From IMG/VR virus record IMGVR_UViG_3300029121_000001: a DNA stretch of 64,000 nt. One strand, given 5' to 3'. The position numbers were made by a program, and so were the translations under genes. Shown here in pieces: positions 1 through 9,777 of the stretch. Numbering within the stretch: position 1 is the first letter of the stretch; every line of letters begins with the position of its first letter. The stretch comes from a virus. The notes under the pieces were generated by a model, which saw only the letters and a program-made list of their open reading frames with translations, made no database searches and was not told the origin of the DNA.

Positions 1-471
1 ATCTTCCTGGTTAGCTTCATACAGTGGACTACATAAATATCTAATGGAGCATAATACATTAGATATATTAGAAAGAATAATAGCTTCTTTACATGGACCA
101 TTAGCATAAAAAATATGTTCATGTGAATAAATAATATCATCAATTAAGGTATACAAAATTGAATCAGTATGAACCAATGTATCTATATCATCTCTATATT
201 TAGCATTAAATAGTTCATATATAATAGCGGTTATAGAATCTTCTATAGCATTAATAGTAAATACAGGAGCTTGCTCAAAAGAAGTACAAAATATATTACC
301 ACATATAGCAGAGATATCATTATGATTAATTGCAGATAAAAAATCTATGCATTCATTTATAGATCCAAATACATGATCTGATTTAATTCTTTCATTGAAT
401 TCAAAATATCTATCTGATCTAGACTTAAATTTCTTTTGACAAAATGCATTAATTTGTCTATCAGTCATCAT
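1..471 (-). CDS. hypothetical protein (3' end beyond window edge)
   Basis: Minus-strand frame open from ATGATG (471-466) to position 1 (157 codons, no stop); AAAGGAGAG Shine-Dalgarno upstream. Absent from ORF track because no stop lies in the window. Confidence 0.5.
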   Translation of the reverse strand, partial: MMTDRQINAFCQKKFKSRSDRYFEFNERIKSDHVFGSINECIDFLSAINHNDISAICGNIFCTSFEQAPVFTINAIEDSITAIIYELFNAKYRDDIDTLVHTDSILYTLIDDIIYSHEHIFYANGPCKEAIILSNISNVLCSIRYLCSPLYEANQED

Positions 472-554
472 ATTCTTTCTCTCCTTTTTAATCATTTAAT
501 GTAACGTTGAATTAATAAAAATATCGGGATAGAGCTTCTACTCTATCCCAAATG

Positions 555-1088
555 TTAAAAATTAAATGCTATCTTATCTAAAGCTTTAGTCCAATTATAA
601 AAATACAAATTATAATCTGCATTCTTATATAAATAATATAACGTCTTGAAATAATACTTCCCCATTAGAAGTATCCAACCTTTTTCATAAAAATTTTCAT
701 TATGATTTTTTCTTACAATCTTAAGAAGAATTTTTATTATTCTTTTAAAATAGAAATAAAAAGAATAATCAATATTCATATTATCTACTTCAGATAAAGA
801 AACCATATAATAAATTACAGCAAGTTCTGCAATATTATTTTCTTTAATAGCTTTAAAAATAGTATTAATGATATAGCAAATGCCAAAGTCAATACTATTA
901 ATTGCTTTTATATCATTATTTCTTTTTCTATGTTTTTCATATTCTTTATCAGAAAGATATTTAAGAGAATCTTTAATATCTACTAAAGCATACTTTATAT
1001 CATCGTATTCACAGCTAGAAGTTTCTACTCTAAGTCCAAAATCCAAAGGTCTAGATTCTGGTGTATATATTCTATTTCTCATACTCAT
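555..1088 (-). CDS. hypothetical protein
   Basis: 177-aa ORF, TAA stop, hairpin terminator just downstream (526-549). Confidence 0.6.
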   Translation of the reverse strand: MSMRNRIYTPESRPLDFGLRVETSSCEYDDIKYALVDIKDSLKYLSDKEYEKHRKRNNDIKAINSIDFGICYIINTIFKAIKENNIAELAVIYYMVSLSEVDNMNIDYSFYFYFKRIIKILLKIVRKNHNENFYEKGWILLMGKYYFKTLYYLYKNADYNLYFYNWTKALDKIAFNF

Positions 1089-1159
1089 AGATAATAATCA
1101 CCCCTTATATAATATTATTATAAATGTGGGATAGAGAGTACATCTCTATCCCATTATTT

Positions 1160-2140
1160 TTATACAACGGTAAGATATTTCTTATCTACATATCCAGTCA
1201 GTGCACCGGTTTGATATACAGAAATTCCAATTTTATTTCCACTAATAGATCTTATATATAGTTTAGAAGTATAAACCCAAGATGCGAAAGTCTTAGTAGA
1301 ATTATAAATTGGAGCATTCTTAGTAATGGTAACTTGCTTTCCAACTACCAGTGTATTACTAGCAGGAAGAAGTTTTGCCCAAGAAGGATCATATGCAATC
1401 CAGTTATTATTAGCAATTCTATACCGAGTATATCCACCCATATTCTCAGTAGCAGTATAGTTATAATAACCTTGCTTAGCATGTCCTATAGCTTTGCCAT
1501 TATTATCTCTAATTCTTAGATTATTTGTCATAACTTGAATTTGATTAACATTGGTATTTCTAGCTACAGGAACAGCTATAACAGATGTAGTGGATTCTTT
1601 TACTACTGTTGTATCTTTTACAGCTGGATTATAAATAAATCCTCTAAAATGATATTTACCAGCAGTTCCCCAGTTACCATCAGATCCTTTACTTCTGACT
1701 CTATTTCTAAAAGCAAAAGAATTATATCCAGATTCAGAAGTTTTGACACTAGTAGAGCTTATAACAGATTCTACAACTGCTACATGACCAGCACCATCAC
1801 TACGCTTAAGTGTAGCACCTTTTTGCCAAACCATAATAGCTCCAGCTTTAGGAGTAAGTCCAACGGACAATCCATATGCTTTTGCTACTTCAATAAAGTT
1901 TTCTGCATTGCAGCAAAAATTAGGATATTTGATTCCATTAAATCCAGTAAGAAGATTATAAATATGATTAAATCTACCACAAGCCCAACCAACACAATTA
2001 CACAGCACATTGCAATCAGAATCGGCAGGCTTACCAGTAATACATCTAGATTTACCACCTTTAGATGCATTATTGTATAGATATGCATACCTATCTGTCT
2101 TCCTTGGCTTAGAAGTCAAAATAGGAAAAGGATTAGCCAT
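1160..2140 (-). CDS. endolysin: CHAP-type cysteine peptidase/amidase plus two SH3b-like cell-wall-binding repeats
   Basis: NCVGWACGRFNHIY (catalytic Cys context) and GAGHVAVVESV (His) typical of CHAP; C-terminal SH3b-like halves; AGAGGTGA RBS; directly downstream of the holin genes. Confidence 0.8.
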   Translation of the reverse strand: MANPFPILTSKPRKTDRYAYLYNNASKGGKSRCITGKPADSDCNVLCNCVGWACGRFNHIYNLLTGFNGIKYPNFCCNAENFIEVAKAYGLSVGLTPKAGAIMVWQKGATLKRSDGAGHVAVVESVISSTSVKTSESGYNSFAFRNRVRSKGSDGNWGTAGKYHFRGFIYNPAVKDTTVVKESTTSVIAVPVARNTNVNQIQVMTNNLRIRDNNGKAIGHAKQGYYNYTATENMGGYTRYRIANNNWIAYDPSWAKLLPASNTLVVGKQVTITKNAPIYNSTKTFASWVYTSKLYIRSISGNKIGISVYQTGALTGYVDKKYLTVV

Positions 2141-2162
2141 TGGTAATCACCTCTTTAAAGAT

Positions 2163-2525
2163 TTATCCCAAATCTTCATCATAATCTGGGACATTTGATT
2201 CATCCTGCACATCAATGGCTTTCTCTTCGGAAACTTGAGCAGTGATAGTTTCTGGAATATCCTGAATATCAAGTTCATTTGTGTAATCTGGCATGTCTTT
2301 ATATTCAGTACTAGGAGCGTCTTTACTTTTGACCTTAATGCCAAACAGTAAAGCTAACTCAATTGTCCAAGCTGCAAACCAAGCAGTGGTCAATTCAGCA
2401 GGAACAGTATGATCATAGAAAGATAGTACCAGTACTACAATAGTGTACCAAATGATATTCATGATTGCTAAAATAGTAAACTTTGTTCTCCGTTTCATGG
2501 GAACTTTCTTTTTAGCATGCTTCAT
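2163..2525 (-). CDS. membrane protein of lysis cassette (2 TM, acidic C-terminal tail)
   Basis: Two hydrophobic helices (FTILAIMNIIWYTIVVLVLSF, TAWFAAWTIELALLFGI); ATGA start/stop overlap with upstream holin. Confidence 0.6.
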   Translation of the reverse strand: MKHAKKKVPMKRRTKFTILAIMNIIWYTIVVLVLSFYDHTVPAELTTAWFAAWTIELALLFGIKVKSKDAPSTEYKDMPDYTNELDIQDIPETITAQVSEEKAIDVQDESNVPDYDEDLG

Positions 2526-2794
2526 TGATCATCACTCTTATCGTTCTTAATAGTGGTAGTAGTAATGGTATTATTAGCAGTAGTATTAGCGGAGATACGG
2601 CTAGAATCAACCAGACCTTCACCAATAATATATGCAATCAGAGTTGCACCTGCCATGATAATAGAAGTTGCTTCTGCAATTTGATTATCAGAGAATCCAA
2701 ATGCGATAAGCAAAGGAGTAACAAAGCCAACAACGGCTGCCCAAAATTTACGAGAAGTAAGCTTCTGTTTCCAATTAATCTTATTGTCACTCAT
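2522..2794 (-). CDS. holin (holin 4_1 / LL-H-like)
   Basis: MSDNKINWKQKLTSRKFWAAVVGFV...AYIIGEGLVD matches the N-terminal signature of Firmicutes phage holin family 4_1; AAAGGAGAA RBS. Confidence 0.8.
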   Translation of the reverse strand: MSDNKINWKQKLTSRKFWAAVVGFVTPLLIAFGFSDNQIAEATSIIMAGATLIAYIIGEGLVDSSRISANTTANNTITTTTIKNDKSDDQ

Positions 2795-2867
2795 AATATT
2801 ATTCTCCTTTTGTAGTAAAGATTATCAGAATTAAAAGTTTCTGATTTTATTAGAATGTAGGAATAAA

Positions 2868-2931
2868 TTAATCAAAAAAAAAATAAAGAGGAGTGGGCAA
2901 ATGAGACCCACTCCTCAATATCAAATTACTT
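2868..2931 (-). repeat. 64-bp terminator module, copy 1 (includes rho-independent terminator 2871-2916)
   Basis: ttaatcaaaaaaaaaataaagaggagtgggcaaatgagacccactcctcaatatcaaattactt; near-identical to 62541-62604 (4 mismatches). Confidence 0.8.
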
Positions 2932-3560
2932 TAACCCTTCATCTCATCGTTCGGAGTATAACTCCGTTTGCACATTTTCTCAGTAAATGCAACAATATGA
3001 ACAGTGTAATTCTTACCATCCTTGTTTTTATGAACCCTGATATTTGTAAGAATATCGTTATCACGATAGTAAACATTAGACAGGTTGTTACACTTCTTGA
3101 ACTCCTCCTTTGCAGATTCGATGATACTCTTCACAAGGAAGATAACACCGGTATATGCATCATTATGAAGATCAAGATAATCAAAGCCATGGATGCTATG
3201 ATTAAAGTTATCAGCATCCATTAGTGCAGATTTCATCTTATCATCAATGGTCTCATTGATAAGAGTTTCCATCTGAGTATTAAAAATACTAGGTGCATCA
3301 TCTGCAGCAAGTCTGATGATTGCATTACGGGCGGTTTTAATTGCCTTGAAATTGTATCCAAACTTTTTATCGAAGTCGGATACAATGCAAGCGTTGATAA
3401 GGCTAAAGAGCATCCCATTGATATGAGGCGCATTTTCCCCATATTTTACATTGAAATCCGTCGACATGGTCTGAATACCATAAACAGTTTCATCCAGATT
3501 GTATGTCCTGGTAATGGAATCCTCGAACATCGCGGGAGCAATAAATTTCATTTCTGCCAT
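2931..3560 (-). CDS. hypothetical protein, paralog family 1 (MAEMKFIAP... type)
   Basis: Clear paralog of 4022-4606 (shared F.V.Y..GN.P...G..FSLIN and GF.Y.DL.N.AY.GV.F motifs); own promoter box and terminator. Confidence 0.7.
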   Translation of the reverse strand: MAEMKFIAPAMFEDSITRTYNLDETVYGIQTMSTDFNVKYGENAPHINGMLFSLINACIVSDFDKKFGYNFKAIKTARNAIIRLAADDAPSIFNTQMETLINETIDDKMKSALMDADNFNHSIHGFDYLDLHNDAYTGVIFLVKSIIESAKEEFKKCNNLSNVYYRDNDILTNIRVHKNKDGKNYTVHIVAFTEKMCKRSYTPNDEMKG

Positions 3561-3592
3561 CGTAAATACATCCTTTCTGATTATAAATATAT

Positions 3593-3631
3593 AATGATGA
3601 GGAATACCTTATCCCTCATCATTATAATACC
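3593..3631 (-). promoter_or_regulatory. TATTATAA box plus immediate stem-loop
   Basis: Minus strand GGTATTATAATGATGAGGGATAAGGTATTCCTCATCATT upstream of 2931-3560. Confidence 0.6.
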
Positions 3632-3686
3632 TAATTATTTTACAAATTCATTTAAATCATCGCAAATCTATAATAAGCATCAGCAA

Positions 3687-4019
3687 TTACTTCATAATGC
3701 TTTTAGATGCTCTGGAATTGGTTTTACTTAATTGACTATGCTGACGTTCCATGATTGTATCAAAAGCACTGCATCCATCATTAGGATCCATATTAGAAGT
3801 ATTGCCACTAAGTGTAGTACAGGATGGATTAGGGTCAATGCTTCTTACACCAGTACCATAGTAAATACTAGGAACAGGCTGAGTAGGAAATTCATTGGCA
3901 GTAGCAATGATCTCTCCATTACCATTGATAGAAACTTTAACAGAACCATCTTTAAAACCATAGATTCTGCTCAACATTTTTTCGATGTCCGTAGTGCTTA
4001 ATTTAATATTGATTTCCAT
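3687..4019 (-). CDS. hypothetical protein
   Basis: ORF 3687-4037; ATG at 4019 preferred because AGGGAGG lies 7 nt upstream. Confidence 0.6.
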   Translation of the reverse strand: MEINIKLSTTDIEKMLSRIYGFKDGSVKVSINGNGEIIATANEFPTQPVPSIYYGTGVRSIDPNPSCTTLSGNTSNMDPNDGCSAFDTIMERQHSQLSKTNSRASKSIMK

Positions 4020-4021
4020 AA

Positions 4022-4606
4022 TTAAACCTCCCTGCATTTATCTGCATATGCTTTAATGGTGATATTGTAAATATTTGGAGAGAAAGAAATTCTACGTATA
4101 GAGATAGAAGTGAAGGCATCACTGGTAATAATTTTAATCAGAGAAAGGTCTTTTTCCATCTCAGAGATGCTTTCCTCGATAACGTGATTAATGATAAACA
4201 TAACGCCTTCATATGCGTTATTCTTTAAATCAAAGTACGTAAACCCATCGATTTTAGTATTATAATTATCATTATCAAAGAGAGCAACTTCGAACTGAGG
4301 CTCAATGGTACAAGCCTGAAGAGATTTAAAAATCTTTTCAAGTTTGTTCTCATAATGATGAGTATCGAAACTCATAATGCGGCTATACTTTTCAGAGCTA
4401 CAATGGTAATCATTATCATCATTACCGATTGCAGCCATGTTGATCAGAGAGAACGTTAGTCCACTAAAGCTAGGCACATTGCCAATACGATAGTTGACAT
4501 CAAAACCTTCAGACAAAGCGCCAACAATAGAGATCACATGCTGAAGATTATAGTACCGAGTAGTCTTATCCGTATATATGAGTGGCATCGCAAATTTCAG
4601 TTCCAT
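4022..4606 (-). CDS. hypothetical protein, paralog family 1
   Basis: MELKFAMPLIYTDKTTRYYNL...; paralog of 2931-3560. Confidence 0.7.
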   Translation of the reverse strand: MELKFAMPLIYTDKTTRYYNLQHVISIVGALSEGFDVNYRIGNVPSFSGLTFSLINMAAIGNDDNDYHCSSEKYSRIMSFDTHHYENKLEKIFKSLQACTIEPQFEVALFDNDNYNTKIDGFTYFDLKNNAYEGVMFIINHVIEESISEMEKDLSLIKIITSDAFTSISIRRISFSPNIYNITIKAYADKCREV

Positions 4607-4633
4607 GTTTTATTTCCTTTCTGGTTATAGAGA

Positions 4634-5326
4634 TTATTGTTTCCTATTAATCTCTGAAGAAATTGTGAAAACAGCTGAATTATTTAGATTATCAATTTCA
4701 AGTTTAAATGAAATCTTCTTACTACTATCAGTGATTTCATAAACCGTTGTAATCGGATATTCAGCTGCTACATGCTGTTGGATACCATTCTTCATTCCTG
4801 CTCCAATATTATAAAGGATACTATAAAGCAGGAAATTAATGCATCTACTAATAGTAGATTTTGCATATTCATATGACTTTCCAGCAATGTACGGATTAAA
4901 TCCTTTTGCTTTATTCAGGAAATATCCATATTTCTTAATAATTGCATCAATCGGATTTTCTTCACCTCCTCTTGTCTTATTGATAAGATCATAAAGATCA
5001 AGATAGTCTTTAAAGAGTCTCCTGATCTTAATAATATTACCAGTATCAGTAATATCAGGAATCACAATTTTCAGCTTAGCGATTCTTTTTGTATCGTAAA
5101 GATCTCTGTATACTGTATACAGGATACTGTTATATTTAGAGACTCTATTATCACGATATGCATAGTTACTGCATATCATGATAACACCATTGCATAGATC
5201 TGCTAAGCCAGGATCGATAAAATTAATGATAGCATATCCTTCATCATTTTCTTTAGGAACGAAGTTTATGATATCATATTCCTTTGTAGTAGTTTCCTTA
5301 AATGGAGCTACGAATAATTCTGCCAT
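4634..5326 (-). CDS. hypothetical protein, distant member of paralog family 1
   Basis: N-terminus MAELFVAPFKETTTKEYDIINF resembles the family-1 N-termini. Confidence 0.6.
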   Translation of the reverse strand: MAELFVAPFKETTTKEYDIINFVPKENDEGYAIINFIDPGLADLCNGVIMICSNYAYRDNRVSKYNSILYTVYRDLYDTKRIAKLKIVIPDITDTGNIIKIRRLFKDYLDLYDLINKTRGGEENPIDAIIKKYGYFLNKAKGFNPYIAGKSYEYAKSTISRCINFLLYSILYNIGAGMKNGIQQHVAAEYPITTVYEITDSSKKISFKLEIDNLNNSAVFTISSEINRKQ

Positions 5327-5357
5327 ATATTACCACTCTTTTCTTTTTAACGAATTC

Positions 5358-5933
5358 TCAATACAAAACTGTTCTATTGCCATCCTTATCTATAACATCG
5401 CAAACTGGATAAATGGATAATACAAATGAGATTTTATCGGTATCATCTATTCTAGAAGCTGTGAATATAATGCTATTTTGATATTCATATCCTCCAGTAA
5501 TCATAATTTTCCAGATTTCATCTCTATGATTATCTAACAATTTTGCACTTGCGATCAGCATAGTGTCAATTAATTGAATTGCTGGATAATAACACTCTGC
5601 ATATTTTTTCAACTTTTTAGATACGGCTTCATATAAAGCATCTGAATGAATAAGCTTTGAAAATTTAAATGATGAATCGACTCTAATTACATAATGACCA
5701 ATTGTTGATGCTGATACCATAAAATCTATTTGATCTATATTAATGATTTTACTATAATAGGCTTTATGATCATGAATTTCATCAGCAATAGATCTATATA
5801 TCAAATTTAAATTTCCAAAAGCACAATCAATATCATATTCGTTATATCTTTTTTCTTCACACTCCTCTTTAGCTTTATCAATAAACCAATCAATGTCATA
5901 CGTGATATCTAGAATCTTTGGCTTCGACTTCAT
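5358..5933 (-). CDS. hypothetical protein
   Basis: ORF 5358-6047; internal ATG at 5933 (MKSKPKILD...) avoids most of the overlap with the upstream gene. Confidence 0.55.
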   Translation of the reverse strand: MKSKPKILDITYDIDWFIDKAKEECEEKRYNEYDIDCAFGNLNLIYRSIADEIHDHKAYYSKIINIDQIDFMVSASTIGHYVIRVDSSFKFSKLIHSDALYEAVSKKLKKYAECYYPAIQLIDTMLIASAKLLDNHRDEIWKIMITGGYEYQNSIIFTASRIDDTDKISFVLSIYPVCDVIDKDGNRTVLY

Positions 5934-6627
5934 ATTTTGCCCTTTCCAACATCTTCTCTTCTCTAAAAGTATGCATCTTAGAAAAGAAATCTTTAGTAAT
6001 CGGAAAAGAATCTCCAGGCATTCTGATTGTACAAATACATCCTTCATGAGTTTTCCTCATAGAAATCTTATGAAGAGAATTTGGATACATATAAAGTATC
6101 ACTGATTTTACAGATGGAGTTTCGTCAAGCATATTATACATTGCTTTAAGACAAAAATCCAAAAGGCCGATGGTATAGATCCAATGAGGATCATAGTCAT
6201 CTGATGGATCAAAACTGTATCGTCCATTATAGATACCAGGAAGATGATTTCCAAGAGCATCATAGTTATGAACAAAATCTTGGAACACTTTATAAATACC
6301 TGGTGCGACAAGACTACCAAATCTGAAATTGTTATCGAATTCGATAGTCAAAGTTTCAAGATCTCTATCAGTAGTCATATACTGACAAATTTTTCTGCCT
6401 TTATCTGATAATCCTGATACCTCTTCAAGATTACTAGCAATATTGATCATTGAATCTTCCCATGTTCGAAGCATATTATATGGAGAAGGATCAGTCTTAG
6501 TGAATTCCACCTTTGCTTTAGAATATTTTTCTTCATATTGCTTCCGAAAATCTTCGATATTGAACCCATATTCAATAGGATAAATATGAGTATTGACGAA
6601 AGAAAAAGAAATATTCATATCTTTCAT
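5896..6627 (-). CDS. hypothetical protein
   Basis: 243-aa ORF, TGA stop, tight packing with neighbours. Confidence 0.6.
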   Translation of the reverse strand: MKDMNISFSFVNTHIYPIEYGFNIEDFRKQYEEKYSKAKVEFTKTDPSPYNMLRTWEDSMINIASNLEEVSGLSDKGRKICQYMTTDRDLETLTIEFDNNFRFGSLVAPGIYKVFQDFVHNYDALGNHLPGIYNGRYSFDPSDDYDPHWIYTIGLLDFCLKAMYNMLDETPSVKSVILYMYPNSLHKISMRKTHEGCICTIRMPGDSFPITKDFFSKMHTFREEKMLERAKYEVEAKDSRYHV

Positions 6628-6935
6628 TATACATTCTCCTTTGTAACAGTGAACTTCCGAATATGTCTGCGGCCATTACTAGTATACATGAGCGTAATAT
6701 AACGCTCAGTAGCAGTATATCCAATGCTTTTATATTTAACCGTAGGCATTGTTTCGATATACTCTGTAAAATCCATTCTCTTGATGGATTCTGTAAGCAG
6801 TGTATTGATATCATTGAGAACACCAACAATTGCATTACTACTATCAGATGTCAGAAGATCATCATCACAATAAGGAATAACATTTTTACCATCAACAAAG
6901 TTATCATAGCAGTGAATCTTATAAATTTCAGACAT
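6627..6935 (-). CDS. hypothetical protein
   Basis: 102-aa ORF, RBS AAGGAGGAAAA upstream. Confidence 0.6.
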   Translation of the reverse strand: MSEIYKIHCYDNFVDGKNVIPYCDDDLLTSDSSNAIVGVLNDINTLLTESIKRMDFTEYIETMPTVKYKSIGYTATERYITLMYTSNGRRHIRKFTVTKENV

Positions 6936-6949
6936 TTTTATTTTCCTCC

Positions 6950-7612
6950 TTAAATTGCTTCGATAAAAATTTCGATTACATTTTTATCACTTTTATTGAG
7001 GGTTCGAACTTTTCTTTCTGCCCTGATAACAATATTGCTCGGACTATTTGGATCATTCATGAAGATGCATTCAAGTGTTTTATATCTCATAAACATATTC
7101 CGAATCTCAGAAATAATCGAATAAATCATGTACCGAGCAACTTCATAATGCGGATCAATAGGATTAAAGATATCCCAGGAGCATGCTTTGGTGCCAAAGT
7201 ACCTTCTGTAAATATCACATTTATCTTTACTCTTAGAAAAGACAAATGCATTCTTCCATTCATCCGGAGTCATATCAACACCGAATTTAAGAAGATCATT
7301 AATCTTATTGATATCTTCGGTATTATCAATATTAACCCAATAGAACATAACCGAATAACCATTCATATTGCCACGGAAACCTTGGTAATTGCTAGTAAAT
7401 GGATTATCGCTTTCAACTTCAGAAGGCGAATGATCGGTGTTATTGGTAACTGCCAGACTCAACAAAGCTGATACAATTGCAGGCATAGTAGGATCATCGT
7501 TACCGAAATTGAGAGTCTGACCGATCTCATTAGTATTGATAAATCCATTAACAATAGAAGTGCTATTGTAAGAGATGGACTTAATGTCGGAATTATTAAA
7601 AACATACTTCAT
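6950..7612 (-). CDS. hypothetical protein, possible paralog family 1 relative
   Basis: ATG at 7612 preceded by GGAAGAGGAGA; NFGNDDPTMPAIVSALLSLAV resembles NVKYGENAPHINGMLFSLINA of 2931-3560. Confidence 0.55.
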   Translation of the reverse strand: MKYVFNNSDIKSISYNSTSIVNGFINTNEIGQTLNFGNDDPTMPAIVSALLSLAVTNNTDHSPSEVESDNPFTSNYQGFRGNMNGYSVMFYWVNIDNTEDINKINDLLKFGVDMTPDEWKNAFVFSKSKDKCDIYRRYFGTKACSWDIFNPIDPHYEVARYMIYSIISEIRNMFMRYKTLECIFMNDPNSPSNIVIRAERKVRTLNKSDKNVIEIFIEAI

Positions 7613-7616
7613 AATT

Positions 7617-7976
7617 TTATTTCTCCTCTTCCATTTCATCTAACAGCAGAATGTTATCATTCCACAACTTGTCATAGTCGATTTTAATGTCTGGATAAAA
7701 ATCTTCCATAAACTCTGCCAGGATTTTAGCATTTTTCCGAAGATCTCTATGCTTCACTACAAGTTTGTTCAAATTCTCATAGATCTGCCTCTTGCAACAT
7801 CCCAAGAAACAAGTGCCATTTTCATGAAACTTGTTTTTGCACATGAAGAAGATAATCCCAGTCTTTACCTCACTAAATTTGAAATAATCTTCATCATTAA
7901 CACCTGCAACATCATCGAAGAAGTAATCGAGTGCTCGCTGAAATTCAATATACCGTTGCTTTTCTGTCTTTACCAT
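7617..7976 (-). CDS. hypothetical protein
   Basis: ORF 7617-8063; ATG at 7976 (MVKTEKQRY) has AAAGAAAGGAAAA RBS and lies downstream of promoter box/hairpin 8006-8046. Confidence 0.6.
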   Translation of the reverse strand: MVKTEKQRYIEFQRALDYFFDDVAGVNDEDYFKFSEVKTGIIFFMCKNKFHENGTCFLGCCKRQIYENLNKLVVKHRDLRKNAKILAEFMEDFYPDIKIDYDKLWNDNILLLDEMEEEK

Positions 7977-8005
7977 TTTTATTTTCCTTTCTTTTTTTTT
8001 TGTTA

Positions 8006-8046
8006 TTGAGAGCAATACATTCATACTCTCAATTATATAATATCTA
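8006..8046 (-). promoter_or_regulatory. TATTATAA box plus immediate stem-loop
   Basis: Minus strand TAGATATTATATAATTGAGAGTATGAATGTATTGCTCTCAA upstream of 7617-7976. Confidence 0.6.
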
Positions 8047-8082
8047 TTCAAAAGAATAAACATTATTAAAATATTAGATTTA

Positions 8083-8125
8083 TAATAAAAAATAAATCCC
8101 GTAGAGAGTTAATCTCTACAGGATT
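8083..8125 (-). terminator. rho-independent terminator
   Basis: aatcccgtagagagttaatctctacaggatt plus T-run on the minus strand, after 8165-8947. Confidence 0.7.
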
Positions 8126-8164
8126 TTTAACTATGCTTGATATACTTTGCTGATAATATTGATA

Positions 8165-8947
8165 TTAGCTATTTTTCTCATTCTCCTTATGGATAAAGTA
8201 TTTGGTAAAGACACTAAGTGCCTTACCATGAATAAACAGGAATACATTATCGGTAGGAATACCATGTTCATTCATAAAATCAAGAGTATTGTCGTTATCC
8301 ATATCAGGATATTCTCCAATATAAATAGATTTATCAGCTCCAACAGAGCAGCCGCATTCTTCATCATATCCAATATAGAATTTACCAATACCAGTAATAT
8401 GCTTACTGCCATCATTACCATCGACGATATTAGAGGTAATGTTACCAGACAATTTATCAATATCGGCATTGATATAAACGCATGCAGTATATTTATGCCC
8501 ACAGATATAGAAATCGAATTCTACATATGCAGGCATATCACTGGTAGGCTCATTGAATTTGATATTATCGCTATTTACTTCAATTACTTCTTTCGCAATA
8601 TCATAGAAGTAAGTCTTAGATACATCAGTACCAAAATCAGCTTTAGACCTGATACTTGTAGTACTATCAGGAGTATTTCGATACATATCACAGAAAGCCT
8701 GAAATTCATGAAAGCAATCATTATACTCATCCTCATTATAAGCACGAGAATTATAAATAGGCATATACTCAGGATAGTATTTCAAAGTATTGCTATTAGG
8801 CTCAAGAACTGCGCTATGGGTATATACCGCATCCTGGAAAATATATCTACGATGATTGGTAATAGTGCAGTAGTTCAGCTCAAAAATGGTCAAATAGTGA
8901 CCATTGATAAAGGTGCTGTTAACGATATCAGTACGAGTGAAGTTCAT
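8165..8947 (-). CDS. hypothetical protein
   Basis: ATG at 8947 (MNFTRTD) with AAAAGGAGAA RBS; natural amino-acid composition, unlike the mirror plus-strand ORF 8147-8974. Confidence 0.65.
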   Translation of the reverse strand: MNFTRTDIVNSTFINGHYLTIFELNYCTITNHRRYIFQDAVYTHSAVLEPNSNTLKYYPEYMPIYNSRAYNEDEYNDCFHEFQAFCDMYRNTPDSTTSIRSKADFGTDVSKTYFYDIAKEVIEVNSDNIKFNEPTSDMPAYVEFDFYICGHKYTACVYINADIDKLSGNITSNIVDGNDGSKHITGIGKFYIGYDEECGCSVGADKSIYIGEYPDMDNDNTLDFMNEHGIPTDNVFLFIHGKALSVFTKYFIHKENEKNS

Positions 8948-8951
8948 AATA

Positions 8952-9746
8952 TTATTCTCCTTTTTTATAGATAGCCTTATTGTATTCATTAATAATCGTG
9001 GGAGTAGCTTGCGTAATTATATGCTGACAAAGATACCCCGGATCAATACGATATTTACCAATGAAGTCATTAGATGTTTCACATTTCTGATTATAAGGTG
9101 AATGGTAGTACTTTACTAAGATTGCATTAATGAAATATTTTCCCTTTGCTTCCTTAGGCTTAGCTTTAATGCGATCAACATCACATTCTGCAGAATTCTT
9201 TACAACAAGATTTCCATCCGCATCTGTGATATCAATGATGATATAATCATTAGCCACACATACATCATTTGATTTTGCAAAATTAAAGTAGATATTTACA
9301 TCATATTCTGTATTATCAAATGCTGTAATATTGCCACTGAGTAGCATCATAGCAGTAGGCTCAATCATAAAGAAGTCTACTTTAAATTCGCTACAGGTAA
9401 ACATTTCCTTTGCGGAAATCAAATCAAAGTCACTAGTTTCACCAAAGTATCTCTGAAAAGCATCCCTGAAAGTAATGAGGCTGATATTTGCATACTGAGA
9501 AATAGCCTCTTCATATTTCTTTTCTGCATCTTCGATCTTATCGAAGAACCCATATTTATTGCAGTTGAAAATTTCATACCTTTCATATTTAGGATTAGAA
9601 GTAATCTGTTTGTAATACACGATATCATCCAAGACAAGATATTTGCAAATATCCTTGTCAGTATTACTTACCCATTCCTGAAGGGTAATTCTGTGGCCTT
9701 TGACAAGTTTGCGCTTTAGATCTCGAGTTCTAACATCAGAAACCAT
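8952..9746 (-). CDS. hypothetical protein
   Basis: ORF 8952-9755; second ATG (9746) is correctly spaced from AGAAAGGA. Confidence 0.6.
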   Translation of the reverse strand: MVSDVRTRDLKRKLVKGHRITLQEWVSNTDKDICKYLVLDDIVYYKQITSNPKYERYEIFNCNKYGFFDKIEDAEKKYEEAISQYANISLITFRDAFQRYFGETSDFDLISAKEMFTCSEFKVDFFMIEPTAMMLLSGNITAFDNTEYDVNIYFNFAKSNDVCVANDYIIIDITDADGNLVVKNSAECDVDRIKAKPKEAKGKYFINAILVKYYHSPYNQKCETSNDFIGKYRIDPGYLCQHIITQATPTIINEYNKAIYKKGE

Positions 9747-9777
9747 AGTGTACATCCTTTCTGTTTATAAAATATAT

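Noticed and set aside
8147-8974. 275-aa plus-strand ORF antisense to 8165-8947; similar antisense ORFs occur at 1535-2080, 19719-20216 and 21395-21967
   Set aside because: Same mirror-frame artefact. Implausible composition, no initiation signals, and the opposite-strand genes are recognisable or well supported (endolysin, DHFR).
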